This document shows positions 33,240-44,030 of a DNA stretch of 64,000 nucleotides, piece after piece. The first letter of the stretch is position 1. Each line of letters starts with the position of its first letter. The translations under genes and the position numbers were made by a program. Source of the DNA: an uncultured Actinomycetota bacterium (lineage in GTDB: Bacteria; Actinomycetota; Actinomycetes; Propionibacteriales; DAIQRJ01); contig CAVRUZ010000002.1 in the NCBI GenBank assembly GCA_963724495.1, forward strand, positions 463,425-527,424, in the 5' to 3' direction. The notes beneath the pieces were generated by a model. It searched no databases. It saw only the letters and a list, made by a program, of their open reading frames with translations, and was not told where the DNA came from.

Positions 33240-34434
33240 GTGGGCCGCTTCCGCGCCCGTGCGGAACCTGCCGCCTTCTTGACCGTCCCGCGGGCGCTGG
33301 TCTTCTTGGTTGCTGTCTTCTTTGCCGCCGTCTTCCTGCCGGCCGCCTTCTTGGGCTGAGCGGCCTTCTTCGCCGCGGTCTTGCTGCCCGCGGTCTTCTT
33401 CGCCCTGTTCCCGTCGGCGCGAGTCCTGGCCGGTGCCCGCTTCGCTGCAGACGACGTGACCTCGCCGATGGTCGCAGCCGTCTTGCGCGGCTGACGGCCA
33501 CTCCGCCTTTCGAGGTGGTGTCGGAGTCGGCGTGGGCCAGGTACTCCTTGACGACGGCCGCGTAGACGTCGTCGGGGTCGAGCCGCAGCAGCTCCTCCCG
33601 CAACAGGTCGGCGACGCTGCGCCGCTTGAGCGCGACGTGCCGGATCGGCTGCCCGGGCACGGAGTACTCGGCGAGCATGCCGTCGGGCCGGAAGATGCTG
33701 ATCTCGCCTTCGGGCATCACCAGCCGCGCCGCGGTGATCCCGGGACCGGTCGACTGCTTCTCGGTCACCGGCACCTTGAGTCGCTGCGCCAACCAGGCTG
33801 ACAGCAGCCGCGCACTGGCGTTGGACGGCTCCGACTCCACGATCGCCGCCCTCACCCGGCCCGGGTGCTGGTCGAGCGCGGCCGCCAGCAGGGTGCGCCA
33901 TGGCGTGAGCCTGGTCCAGGCCATGTCGGTGTCGCCCGGGCTGTAGTTCTCCGAGACCTTGCGCAGGGCGGTCACCGGCCGTTTGGACATGTACGTGTCC
34001 GCGATCCGCCGGTCGGCGAGCCCGCCGAGCGGATCGGCCAGCATGTCCGCCGGCGGGGTGTCCGGCCACCAGATCACCACCGGCGACTCGGGCAGCAGTA
34101 GCGGCATCACCACCGTCTGCGGGTACCGGCTGACCTCCCCGTTGAACTCCAGCAGGACGCTCTCGCCGGCCGAGTCGTGGCCGCCGACCTCCACCACGGC
34201 GTCGAGCCGGGAGTGACCGCGGCCGCCGAGGTACGACACGACGATCACGCGGGCGGGGTGCTGTTGCGCGGCCTGGCTGGCCTCGTGCAGTGCCCGCATC
34301 TGGTGCTCGGCGTCGGTGACGATGATGATCGTCAGCACCATGCCGGCGCCGCCGCTGGCGCCGATCCTGGCCCGGCAGTCGGCCAGACTCGAGGCGATCT
34401 TCGCCGTGCTGGTGTCGGACAGTGCGACTTTCAC
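33236..34434 (-). pseudogene. opcA: glucose-6-phosphate dehydrogenase assembly protein OpcA with Lys/Ala-rich tail in a shifted frame (net -1)
   Basis: GTG 34434 overlaps the zwf stop. An OpcA-like body of about 310 aa reads in frame A to ...YLAHADSDTTSKGGVAVSR. The G/C-ending-codon frame then switches to KTAATIGEVTSSAAKRAPA...KKAAQPKKAAGRKTAAKKTATKK, which ends in a GTGA overlap with pgl. The span is 1199 nt = 3n-1. Confidence 0.7.
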
Positions 34435-36008
34435 GGTCGCCTCCAGGTGCGGCCACCGTCGCGGGCCAGCATCTCGTCGGCCTCCGGCGGTCCCCACGAG
34501 CCAGGGAGATACGGGACTGGTTGGGCCCGCTCGGCCCAGAACTCCTCGATGGGGTCGAGGATCCGCCACGACAGCTCGACTTCCTCGTGGCGGGGGAACA
34601 AGGGCGGTTCACCGAGCAGCACGTCGAGGATCAGCCGCTCGTAGGCCTCGGGCGAGGACTCGGTGAAGGCACCCCCGTAGCCGAAGTCCATGGTGACGTC
34701 GCGGATCTCCATCTGGGTGCCGGGCACCTTCGAGCCGAACCTGATCGTCACGCCTTCATCGGGCTGCACGCGCAGGACCAGCGTGTTGTGGCCCAGTTCC
34801 TCGGTATCGGTGGTGGTGAACGGCAGGTGCGGTGCGCGCTTGAACACGATGGCGATCTCGCTGACCCGGCGGGCGAGGCGCTTGCCGGCGCGCAGGTAGA
34901 ACGGCACTCCGGCCCAGCGACGGTTGTCGACCTCGAGCTTGATCGCGGCGTAGGTCTCGGTCTTGGACGAGGCGGGGATGCCGTCCTCGTCGAGGTAGCC
35001 CTTGACCTTCTCCCCGCCCTGCCAGCCACCGGCGTACTGACCCTGCACGGTGGTGAGGTCGAGACGGCTGGGCAGCATCACCGCGCCGAGCGCCTTCTGC
35101 TTCTCGATCCGCAGGCTGGTGGCGTCGAACGACGTCGGCTCCTCCATCGCGGTGAGCGCCAGCAGCTGGAGGAGGTGGTTCTGGATGACGTCGCGGGCGG
35201 CACCGATGCCGTCGTAGTACCCGGCGCGGCCGCCGATGCCGATGTCCTCGGCCATCGTGATCTGCACGGAGTCGACGTAGTTGGCGTTCCAGATCGGCTC
35301 GAACATCGTGTTGGCGAACCGCAGCGCCAACAGGTTCTGCACCGTCTCCTTGCCGAGGTAGTGGTCGATGCGGAACACCGAGTGCGGCGGGAAGACCTCG
35401 GAGGTGATCTGGTTCAGCTCCTGTGCGCTCTGCAGGTCGTGGCCGAACGGCTTCTCCACGACCACCCGGCGCCAGCCCGCGTGGCCGGAGTCGGCGAGGC
35501 CGACCTGCCGGAGCTGCTGGATCGTGATCGGGAACAGACCCGGGGGGACCGACAGGTAGAACGCGTGGTTGCCCATCGTGCCGCGCTCGGCGTCGAGTTC
35601 GTCGATCGCATCCTTCAGCCGGTGCATCGACTCCGCGTCGCCCAGTTCCCCGGGTACGAACCGGAAGCCCTCGGCCAGCTGTCGCCAGACCTCCTCGCGG
35701 AACGGCGTCCGCGCGTTCTCCCGCACGGCGTCGTGGACCACGTCGTGGAAGTCCTCCTGCGCCCAGTCGCGGCGGGCGAAGCCCACGAGGGCGAACCCGG
35801 GCGGGAGCAGGCCGCGGTTGGCGAGGTCGTAGACGGCCGGCATGAGCTTCTTGCGGGCCAGGTCGCCGGTGACGCCGAAGATGATCAGCCCGCAGGGACC
35901 GGCGATGCGGTGCAGCCTGCGGTCCTGAGGATCACGCAACGGGTTGTCCGCCCACCAGGTCGGTGGGATGTCCGCCGAACCGACACCGACGGGAGTGGCT
36001 GCGGTCAT
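34431..36008 (-). CDS. zwf: glucose-6-phosphate dehydrogenase
   Basis: NADP motif IFGVTGDLARKKL and active site RIDHYLGKE. ATG 36008 is preceded by AAGGA. Confidence 0.95.
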   Translation of the reverse strand: MTAATPVGVGSADIPPTWWADNPLRDPQDRRLHRIAGPCGLIIFGVTGDLARKKLMPAVYDLANRGLLPPGFALVGFARRDWAQEDFHDVVHDAVRENARTPFREEVWRQLAEGFRFVPGELGDAESMHRLKDAIDELDAERGTMGNHAFYLSVPPGLFPITIQQLRQVGLADSGHAGWRRVVVEKPFGHDLQSAQELNQITSEVFPPHSVFRIDHYLGKETVQNLLALRFANTMFEPIWNANYVDSVQITMAEDIGIGGRAGYYDGIGAARDVIQNHLLQLLALTAMEEPTSFDATSLRIEKQKALGAVMLPSRLDLTTVQGQYAGGWQGGEKVKGYLDEDGIPASSKTETYAAIKLEVDNRRWAGVPFYLRAGKRLARRVSEIAIVFKRAPHLPFTTTDTEELGHNTLVLRVQPDEGVTIRFGSKVPGTQMEIRDVTMDFGYGGAFTESSPEAYERLILDVLLGEPPLFPRHEEVELSWRILDPIEEFWAERAQPVPYLPGSWGPPEADEMLARDGGRTWRRP

Positions 36009-36053
36009 CTGGGTCCTTTCAGGCAACGGGCGTCGGCGGGGTGGTCAGGCGTC

Positions 36054-37692
36054 TCACCGTGGGGTCAGGGCCGATGCCGTCGCGGCGGCGAGTAGCTGCT
36101 GCAGTCCGGCGACCCGATCGGTGAGGTGGAGGCGGAGCGTGGGGAAGCCCTTGTCGGCGAGGACGGCCAGGTCGCCTGCTGCCTGCGCGGTGATCAGCGA
36201 CCCGAACGTGTACGGGCGGTCGGGGACCTCGAGGTCTTCCTCGATGGCGCCGGTGACCTGCAGGAAGGCACCGTTGGGATGGCCGCCCTTGTGGTACTGC
36301 CCGGTCGAGTGCAGGAACCGCGGTCCCCACCCGAACGTGACCTGGAACGGCTGGTCACCGCCAAGGGCCGATCGCAAGTCGGCCGCGTCGGCATCGGCAC
36401 CGGTGCGGTCGAGGTAGGCCATGACGGCGAGGTATCCACCCGGCGGCACGGCTTCCCTTGCCGCCGCCAGCACGCCGGCCAGGTCGGAGGCGTCGCCCAG
36501 GAGCGCTGCGTCGGCGAACACCTGCACGCTGCCGTCGGTGAAGGCCGGGTCGGGTTCGTCGCCGCCGTCCTGCGGCGCGTCGAGCAACGCGCGCGCGGCG
36601 TTCTTGGCCTCCTCGACGTTGGGCTGGTCGAACGGGTTGATGCCCAGACCGATCCCGACGAGCGCGATCGCGGACTCCCAGAACTGGAACAGACCTCCGA
36701 GCGTGCCCGCGGTGATCACCTGCGCCGCACCGCTCGGGTCGGTGCCGATCGCCGCGCGGGTGATCGTGTCGGCGGGATCGTGCCAGCCGACCGACGGACG
36801 CCGCGGCCTGGTCGACGTCGACGGGCAGGATGCCGCGGCCGAGCTTGCCGGTCGACTCCGCGACGAGCTGCTCGGCCCACGCGGGGAGTCCGGCGACGCC
36901 GTCGATGGCCCCCTCGCCGAGAACGAGCTTCTCGCGGCCCGCATCGTGCGCGGCGGTGAGCAGGGCAGCCAGCCGGAGGGCCGGATTCGACTCGTCGTCG
37001 CGCGCGAGGTCGGCCACAACGGCTTCGGCATCGTCCAGCAGCGTGGCGATGTCGGCACCGGCCAGACCGGACGGCACCAGCCCGAAGGCCGTGAGTGCCG
37101 AGTAGCGACCGCCGACGTTCGGGTCGGCATGGAACACCCGCCGGTAGCCGGCACTTGTCGCGAGGTCGCTCATCGGCGAGCCCGGATCGGTGACCACCAC
37201 GATCCGCCGCTTGCCCTCGATTCCCGCCTGCTCGAAGGCGCCGAGGAACGCGCGGCGTTGGCTGTCGGTCTCGACCGTGCTGCCCGACTTGCTCGACACC
37301 ACGACCACGGTGCGCTCGAGTCGGTCGGCCAGCGCGCGCCGGACCATCTCCGGATCGGTCGAGTCCAGCACGGTGAGCTCGACGCCGGCCGATCCGGTGA
37401 TGACCTCGGGCGCCAGCGAGGAACCACCCATGCCGCACAGGACGACGTGGTCGACACCTTCGCCGGCCAGATCAGCACGCAGGGCGTCGATCTCCGCCAG
37501 CAGCGGGCGGGACACGGTGTGGCATTCGGTCCAGCCCAGCCGCATCGCCGACTCCTGCTCGGCATCCGGCCCCCACAAGGTGGCGTCCTTGGCGTACATG
37601 CGGCTGGCGGCCCGCTGCTCGACCAGTTGGGCCAGGGCGGTGTCGGCCTCGGGCGACCAGCCCGGTAGGTCGACGGAGAGCTGATCGCTCAT
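36054..37692 (-). pseudogene. pgi: glucose-6-phosphate isomerase, interrupted by a +1 insertion
   Basis: The N-part (ORF 36355..37692) carries VVSSKSGSTVET and reads to ...GILPVDVDQAAASVG. The C-part (ORF 36054..37154) continues WHDPADTITRAAIG...FWESAIALVGIGLGINPFDQPNVEEAK...GWGPRFLHSTGQYHKGG. The span is 1639 nt = 3n+1. Confidence 0.85.
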
Positions 37693-38808
37693 ACCGAGGC
37701 ACCGGCCTTGGACAGCTGCGTCGTGACGGTCTCCAGCAACTCGTTCCAGGAGGCGGCGAACTTCTCGACACCTTCGTCCTCGAGCACCTGGACCACGTCG
37801 TCGTAGGCGATGCCCAGTGCAGCCAGGCGATCCAGCACTGCCTGGGCCTCGTCGGCCCGGCCACGCACGGTGTCACCGGTGACTTCGCCGTGGTCGGCGA
37901 ACGCGTCGATGGTCGCCTCGGGCATGGTGTTGACGACGCCCTTGGTCACCAGCTCGGTGACGTAGAGGGTGTCGGGCAGGTCGGGGTCCTTCGTGGACGT
38001 CGACGCCCAGAGCGGTCGTTGCGGGCGAGACGCCGAGTTGCTCGAGTGCCTTCCAGCGGTCCGAGGCGAGAACCTCCTCGAAGGCAGCGAAGGCCAGGCG
38101 GGCATTGGCGATCGCGGCCTTCGCCCGGAGGTCGGCCACCTCGTCGTCGTTTCCCTCCACCTTGTCGAGGCGCTTGTCGACCTCGGAGTCGACGCGGGAG
38201 ACGAAGAACGAGGCCACCGAGATCAGCGTGGTCACGTCGTGGCCGGCGTCGCGCGCCTGCTCGACCCCCGCCAGCCAGGCGTCCATCACGGCCCGGTAGC
38301 GCTCGAGCGAGAAGATCAGCGTGACGTTCACGTTGATGCCCGCGGCCAGGGTTGCCGTGATGGCCGGGAGACCGGCCTTGGTCGCGGGGATCTTGATGAA
38401 CACGTTCGGGCGGCCCACGAGCTTGTGCAGCGTCGCCGCCTCGTCGATGGTGCCCTCGGTGTCATGGGCCAGGCGTGGGTCGACCTCGATCGACACCATG
38501 CCGTCCCCGCCACCGGCGTCGTAGGTCTGCTTCAGCACGTCCGCGGCGTCGCGGATGTCGTCGGTGATGATCGTGCGGACAGCCTCGTCGACCCCTGTGC
38601 CGTCGGCAGCCAGAGACCGCAGCTGCTCGTCGTAGGCATCGCCGCTGGAGAGCGCCTTGGCGAAGATCGTCGGGTTGGAGGTGACCCCGACGACGCCCTT
38701 CTCTTTGATGAGGTCAGCGAGATTGCCCGTCGTCAGCCGAGGCCGGGAGATGTCGTCGAGCCAGATCGCCACTCCGGCCTTCGCGAGCGCCTGCAGGTTG
38801 TCGTTCAT
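37689..38808 (-). pseudogene. tal: transaldolase, interrupted by a +1 insertion
   Basis: The N-part has VTSNPTIF and FIKIPAT and reads to ...[11 protein letters not shown]. The C-part [25 protein letters not shown]...VNTMPE is in ORF 37689..38105. Observed TCGCCCGCAACGA versus expected TCGCCGCAACGA. The span is 1120 nt = 3n+1. The stop overlaps the pgi ATG (ATGA). Confidence 0.85.
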
Positions 38809-38818
38809 GTCCCGTCCT

Positions 38819-38864
38819 CCTGTGCTGATGTGCCCTGTCCTGATGTCCGACTGTTCAGATGTAG
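38819..38864 (-). repeat. three tandem 15-nt repeats directly upstream of the tal ribosome-binding site
   Basis: Gene-sense reading: CTACATCTGAACAGT / GGACATCAGGACAGG / GCACATCAGCACAGG, then AGGACGGGAC-ATG. Confidence 0.6.
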
Positions 38865-38914
38865 ACCGTGCTGGCCGGTGGTCGACCGGCTCGACGAGGA
38901 AGTGTGTGGCGTGG

Positions 38915-41116
38915 TCAGTCCTTCGCCTCGTGGGTGTCGGCCGGGCCGATGGCCCCGGTCCCGCCCTCTGCGTACTGCCGGGCGCGGGCGGTCGCGACCG
39001 GGTAGCTGCCGCTGTGCTCCTTGGCGGCTGCGATCGAGTCCTTGGCCGCAGCCACGACTGCCTCCGCGGTGAACCCGAACTCCTCGAACAACGTGGCGGC
39101 CGCTGCGCTGGCCCCGTAGTGCTCCAGGGAGATGATGCGTCCGGCCACGCCGACGACCTCGTACCAACCCTGCGCCACGCCGGCCTCGATCGAGACCCTC
39201 GCGGTGACGTCCGGCGGGATCACGCTGTCGCGGTACTCCTGGTCGTGCTGGTCGAACCACTGCCGGCACGGCATCGAGACCACCCGGGCCTGGATGCCCT
39301 CGGCGGCGAGCTGCTCGCGGGCTGCCACGGCGTGCTGCAGCTCCGACCCGGTACCGATGAGCACCACGTCCGGCGTGCCCTCGGTGTCGAGGAGGACGTA
39401 TCCGCCGTCGGCCACACCGTCGGCCGAGGCGTAGCCGTCGGTCCCACGCGGGAACACCGGCAGGTTCTGCCGCGACAGCGCCAGTCCGGCAGGCCGGTCG
39501 TTGTGGCCGAGCACGGTCTGCCAGGCGACCACGGTCTCGTTGGCGTCGGCCGGCCGGACCACGTCGAGCCCGGGGATGGCGCGAAGCGCGGCGAGGTGCT
39601 CGACCGGCTGGTGCGTCGGGCCGTCCTCGCCGAGTCCGACCGAGTCGTGCGTCCAGACGTAGGTGACGGGCAACCCCATCAGGGAGGCGAGCCGGACGGC
39701 CGGACGCATGTAGTCGCTGAAGATCAGGAAGGTTCCGCCGTACGGGCGGGTACCACCGTGCAGGGCCATGCCGTTGAGGATCGAGGCCATCGCGTGCTCG
39801 CGGATGCCGAAGTGCAGCACCCGGCCGTAGTAGTCGCCGTTCCACTCCTTGGTGGTGCGGCTCGGCGGCAGGAACGACGGCTCGCCCTTCGGCGTGGTGA
39901 GGTTCGACTCGGCGAGGTCCGCCGATCCACCCCACAGCTCGGGCAGCCCGGCGGCGATCGCCGAGAGCACCTCGCCGGAGGCCTTGCGGGTGGCCATGCC
40001 CTTGGGGTCGGCATCGAAGGAGGGGAGGGCCTTCGCCCAGCCCTCGGGCAGGGTGCGGGTCGACATCCGGTCGAACAGCGCCCGCTTCTCGGGCACCGCA
40101 GTCGACCAGGCGTCGAACACCTTGTCCCACTCCGCATGCGCCTCCCGGCCGCGGTCGACCAGCTTGCGGGTGTGGGCGATCACGTCGTCGGCGATCTCGA
40201 ACGTCTTCTCCGGGTCGAACCCGAGGACCTTCTTGGCAGCGGCCACCTCGTCGTCGCCGAGGGCGTTGCCGTGTGCCTTGTAGGTGTTCTGCAGGGTCGG
40301 CGCCGGCCAGCCGATGATCGTGCGCAAGGCGATGAAACTCGGCTTCGACGTCTCGGCCCGGGCGGCCTCGAGGGCCGCGTGCAGGGCCTCGACGTCCTCG
40401 GCGTACTGCGTGCCGCCGTGGGTCCAGTCGACGGTCTGCACGTGCCAGCCGTACGCCTCGTACCGGAGGGCCACGTCCTCGCCGAGGGAGATCGCCGTGT
40501 CGTCTTCGATGGAGATCTCGTTCTGGTCGTAGATCAGCGTGAGATTGCCCAGTTCCTGCACGCCGGCAAGGGAACTGGCCTCGGCCGACACGCCTTCCTC
40601 GATGTCGCCGTCGGAGGCGATCGCATAGATCTGGTGGTCGAACGGGGAAGAGCCCGGTGCGGCATCGGGGTCGAACAGGCCGCGCTCGCGGCGGGCGGCC
40701 ATCGCCATCCCGACCGCGTTGCCGACGCCCTGGCCGAGGGGACCGGTGGTGGTCTCGACACCGGGCGTGTGCTTGTACTCGGGGTGACCAGGGGTGCGCG
40801 AACCCCAGGTCCGCAACGACTGCAGGTCCTCCATCTCCAGCCCGAAGCCACCGAGGTAGAGCTGGATGTAAAGCGTCAGGCTCGAGTGGCCGGCCGACAG
40901 CACGAACCGGTCGCGGCCCGCCCAATGCGGGTCGCTGGGATCGTGCCGCATCACCTTCTGGAAGAGCAGGTACGCCAGCGGCGCCAGCGACATGGCGGTG
41001 CCGGGATGACCGTTGCCGACCTTCTGAACGGCGTCGGCGGCCAGCACTCTGACGGTGTCGACAGCCTGCCGGTCCAGGTCGGAGAAGATCGGTGTCGTGG
41101 AGGATCCGGTGCTCAC
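38915..41116 (-). CDS. tkt: transketolase
   Basis: 733 aa. Contains [24 protein letters not shown] and GDG..EG thiamine-diphosphate motifs. GTG 41116 follows GAAGGAG. The rest of track ORF 38915..42481 is antisense to ctaB and is rejected. Confidence 0.95.
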   Translation of the reverse strand: MSTGSSTTPIFSDLDRQAVDTVRVLAADAVQKVGNGHPGTAMSLAPLAYLLFQKVMRHDPSDPHWAGRDRFVLSAGHSSLTLYIQLYLGGFGLEMEDLQSLRTWGSRTPGHPEYKHTPGVETTTGPLGQGVGNAVGMAMAARRERGLFDPDAAPGSSPFDHQIYAIASDGDIEEGVSAEASSLAGVQELGNLTLIYDQNEISIEDDTAISLGEDVALRYEAYGWHVQTVDWTHGGTQYAEDVEALHAALEAARAETSKPSFIALRTIIGWPAPTLQNTYKAHGNALGDDEVAAAKKVLGFDPEKTFEIADDVIAHTRKLVDRGREAHAEWDKVFDAWSTAVPEKRALFDRMSTRTLPEGWAKALPSFDADPKGMATRKASGEVLSAIAAGLPELWGGSADLAESNLTTPKGEPSFLPPSRTTKEWNGDYYGRVLHFGIREHAMASILNGMALHGGTRPYGGTFLIFSDYMRPAVRLASLMGLPVTYVWTHDSVGLGEDGPTHQPVEHLAALRAIPGLDVVRPADANETVVAWQTVLGHNDRPAGLALSRQNLPVFPRGTDGYASADGVADGGYVLLDTEGTPDVVLIGTGSELQHAVAAREQLAAEGIQARVVSMPCRQWFDQHDQEYRDSVIPPDVTARVSIEAGVAQGWYEVVGVAGRIISLEHYGASAAAATLFEEFGFTAEAVVAAAKDSIAAAKEHSGSYPVATARARQYAEGGTGAIGPADTHEAKD

Positions 41117-41506
41117 ACTGCTCCTTCGATCGTTCCGTTCGCCTGCCGCGACTCCCCGGCGTTCCTGCGGGGTCCCGCGTGCCTGCATTGAGTTGTCTGA
41201 CGCGATCTGTGTCGCGAATGCTGCGCCGTACGCTGCCCGTTCGGCAAGCGGGGTAGTACCCATCCGCCTGTCCGGTGAACCTGCATACCCCCTGGTCAGC
41301 CTGGGCACAATCACCCGGGCGCGCAGTCTTGCGAGCGTACTCAGCCGGGCGGCTCCGGTCGGCGGCGGGTGATGGCTGCCCGAGCGCCTGGTCGGCCGTA
41401 GACTCCGGCGCGGCGCGCCATTCATCGGCGGCTCCGTGCGGTCATCGGCGTCCCGCCGGGGGCAAGGATCGCGAGCACCAGCAGCGGAAGGGCGGAACGG
41501 GTCGAG

Positions 41507-42484
41507 GTGACGGCTGTACCTCCTACCACTGGGACCTCCGACACCTCTGTCGCCGTCGTCGACAGCCTGAGCGCGAGCCCGGACAGGCCGCGCACGCGAT
41601 CGCGGCTCGACGTGGTCAAGGGCTATGTGGCGCTCACCAAGCCCCGCATCATCGAACTGCTCCTGGTGACCACCGTGCCGGTGATGTTCCTCGCGGCTGG
41701 TGGCGTCCCCGATCTCGGCCTGGTGGCCGCGACCATGGTCGGCGGGATCCTCGCCGCCGGCAGCGCCAACGCGTTCAACTGTGTTCTCGACCGTGACATC
41801 GACGAGGCCATGCGCCGTACCCGTCGTCGCCCGTTGCCGCGGCACCAGGTCCGCCCCGTTCCCGCCACGGTGTTCGCGGCCGTGCTGGCAGTTGCGGCGA
41901 CCTTCTGGCTCGGCTTCGCGGTGAACTGGCTGTCGTCGATGCTCGCCCTGCTGGCGAACGGCTTCTACGTCTTCGTCTACACGATGCTGCTCAAGCGCCG
42001 GACCGCCCAGAACGTCGTGTGGGGCGGGATCGCCGGCTGCTTCCCGACGCTCATCGGCTGGACGGCGGTCACAGGACAGCTCGCGCTCGCACCGTTCGTG
42101 CTGTTCGCTGTCGTGTTCTTCTGGACGCCTCCGCACACGTGGGCGCTGGCGATGCGCTACCGCGACGACTACGCGGCGGTCGGAGTGCCGATGCTGCCCG
42201 TGGTCGCCGGACCGGTGAAGGTCGCCGCCGAGATCTGCACCTACACGGTCGCGATGATCGCCTCGTCGTTGCTGCTCTGGCCGGTCGCGAACACCGGTCC
42301 GCTGTATCCGCTCGCGGCCGGCGTCTTCGGACTGGCCTTCCTGGCCGAGGCCATCGGCCTGCTGCGCCGGGCCCGTGCCGGTCTCACCGGCCCTGCCCTG
42401 AAGCCGATGCGGCTGTTCCACTGGAGCAACAGCTATCTGGCGCTGCTGTTCCTCGCGGCAGCGATCGACCCGCTCCTGCACTGA
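41507..42484 (+). CDS. ctaB: protoheme IX farnesyltransferase (heme O synthase)
   Basis: UbiA-type motif [20 protein letters not shown] and a multi-pass membrane profile. GTG start. Confidence 0.9.
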   Translation: MTAVPPTTGTSDTSVAVVDSLSASPDRPRTRSRLDVVKGYVALTKPRIIELLLVTTVPVMFLAAGGVPDLGLVAATMVGGILAAGSANAFNCVLDRDIDEAMRRTRRRPLPRHQVRPVPATVFAAVLAVAATFWLGFAVNWLSSMLALLANGFYVFVYTMLLKRRTAQNVVWGGIAGCFPTLIGWTAVTGQLALAPFVLFAVVFFWTPPHTWALAMRYRDDYAAVGVPMLPVVAGPVKVAAEICTYTVAMIASSLLLWPVANTGPLYPLAAGVFGLAFLAEAIGLLRRARAGLTGPALKPMRLFHWSNSYLALLFLAAAIDPLLH

Positions 42485-42508
42485 CCGCAGGCCTGGGGCA
42501 GCTGCCGG

Positions 42509-43381
42509 TCAGTGCCGGCCGCGTTCAAGAACCTCGAGCAGGTAGTCGCCGTACCCCGACTTGGCGAACCCACGCGCCCGCTGGGCCAGTTCGTCATCGG
42601 ACAGGAAGCCTCGGCGCCACGCCACCTCTTCGGGCGACCCGATCTTGAGCCCCTGTCGTAGTTCGACCGTGCGCACGTAGTTGTTGGCGTCGTTGAGCGA
42701 GTCGAACGTGCCCGTGTCGAGCCAGGCCGTCCCACGTGGTAGGACCTCGACGTACAGCCTGCCCTGTCGCAGGTATTCGTCGTTGATGTCGGTGATCTCG
42801 TACTCGCCGCGTGCCGAGGGTCGCAGATCACGCGCGATGGCCACGACGTCGTTGTCGTAGAAGTACAGGCCGGGCACGGCGTAACTGCTCTTCGGCTTGG
42901 CCGGCTTCTCCTCCAGCGACAGCGCCTTACCGTCAGAGTCGAACTCCACCACGCCATAGGCCGACGGATCTGCAACCCAGTAGGCGAAGATGGCCGCGCC
43001 GTCGACCTCGACGAACCGATTCATCCAGCCACCCAGGCCGGCGCCGTGGAAGATGTTGTCACCGAGTACCAGGGCCACGTGGTCGTCGCCGATGAAGTCG
43101 GCACCGATGACGAACGCCTGCGCCAGCCCATTCGGTTCTGGCTGGGGCGCGTAGGTGATCGAGATTCCGAATTGGGAACCGTCACCCAGGAGCGCACGGA
43201 ACTGCTCGGCATCGCGGGGCGTGGTGATCACGAGGACGTCGCGGATGCCGGCGAGCATCAACGAGGACAGCGGGTAGTAGATCATCGGCTTGTCGTACAC
43301 GGGGACGAGCTGCTTGCTCAGTCCCAGCGTGATGGGGTGCAGTCGGGTCCCAGATCCACCGGCAAGAATGATTCCGCGCAT
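42509..43381 (-). CDS. rmlA: glucose-1-phosphate thymidylyltransferase
   Basis: Starts [38 protein letters not shown]. 290 aa. Confidence 0.92.
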   Translation of the reverse strand: MRGIILAGGSGTRLHPITLGLSKQLVPVYDKPMIYYPLSSLMLAGIRDVLVITTPRDAEQFRALLGDGSQFGISITYAPQPEPNGLAQAFVIGADFIGDDHVALVLGDNIFHGAGLGGWMNRFVEVDGAAIFAYWVADPSAYGVVEFDSDGKALSLEEKPAKPKSSYAVPGLYFYDNDVVAIARDLRPSARGEYEITDINDEYLRQGRLYVEVLPRGTAWLDTGTFDSLNDANNYVRTVELRQGLKIGSPEEVAWRRGFLSDDELAQRARGFAKSGYGDYLLEVLERGRH

Positions 43382-43520
43382 CCCCGTACTGTGCCTCACC
43401 TCGGGCTCCGCGGTGGGAGGCTGGGTCATCCGATCGACAGGACCTGGGCACAACGCGCGCAGTCTTTGGGATCGGGGACAGCCGACCCATGGTGGAACGG
43501 GAATCCCCTACTCTCGCGAG

Positions 43521-44030
43521 ATGGACACGAGCGCCGTCTTCCTTGATCTGTTCGACCGCATCCCACCGCTGCTGGAGGAGGCCGTGACTGGCCTCGACGC
43601 CGAGACCCTGGCGACAGCACCTGCCCCGGGCACCAACACCATCGGCTGGCTCACCTGGCACCTCACCCGGGTGCACGATTCCCACGTCGCCGAGCTCCTG
43701 GACGAACCGCAGCTGTGGGAGACCGGGAACTACGCCAAGAGCTTCGGGCTCGAGCCCGACCCGCACAACACCGGCTACGGGCACTCGGCTGCCGACGTGT
43801 TGTCGGTGCGACCAGTCGACCCGGAAGCCGTTCTCGCCTACCACGGGGCCGTGTTCGAGCGAACCCACGCCTATCTGTCCCGGCTGACCGACGGCGACCT
43901 TGACCGGATCGTCGACGAGAACTGGGATCCGCCGGTCTTGCTAGGGGTCCGACTCGTGAGCGTCGCGGACGACTGCCTCGAGCACGTCGGCCAGGCGAAC
44001 TTCGTCCGCGGCATGCTGGCCAGGCGTTAG
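43521..44030 (+). CDS. DinB family protein (mycothiol-transferase-like)
   Basis: Contains NTIGWLTWHLTRVHDSH...HAYLSRL...HVGQANFVRG, a DinB_2-type four-helix His triad pattern. Confidence 0.7.
   Translation: MDTSAVFLDLFDRIPPLLEEAVTGLDAETLATAPAPGTNTIGWLTWHLTRVHDSHVAELLDEPQLWETGNYAKSFGLEPDPHNTGYGHSAADVLSVRPVDPEAVLAYHGAVFERTHAYLSRLTDGDLDRIVDENWDPPVLLGVRLVSVADDCLEHVGQANFVRGMLARR

Noticed and set aside
33184-33480. Arg-rich C-terminal continuation of the opcA frame overlapping pgl by 52 nt
   Set aside because: Its codon bias is poor and its composition is nonsense-like. The alternative frame has strong G/C-ending codons and ends in a GTGA coupling with pgl.
41117-42481. Upstream 455 codons of the 1188-aa track ORF containing tkt
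   Set aside because: Transketolase homology begins at GTG 41116 after GAAGGAG. The extension is antisense to ctaB and has nonsense-like composition.
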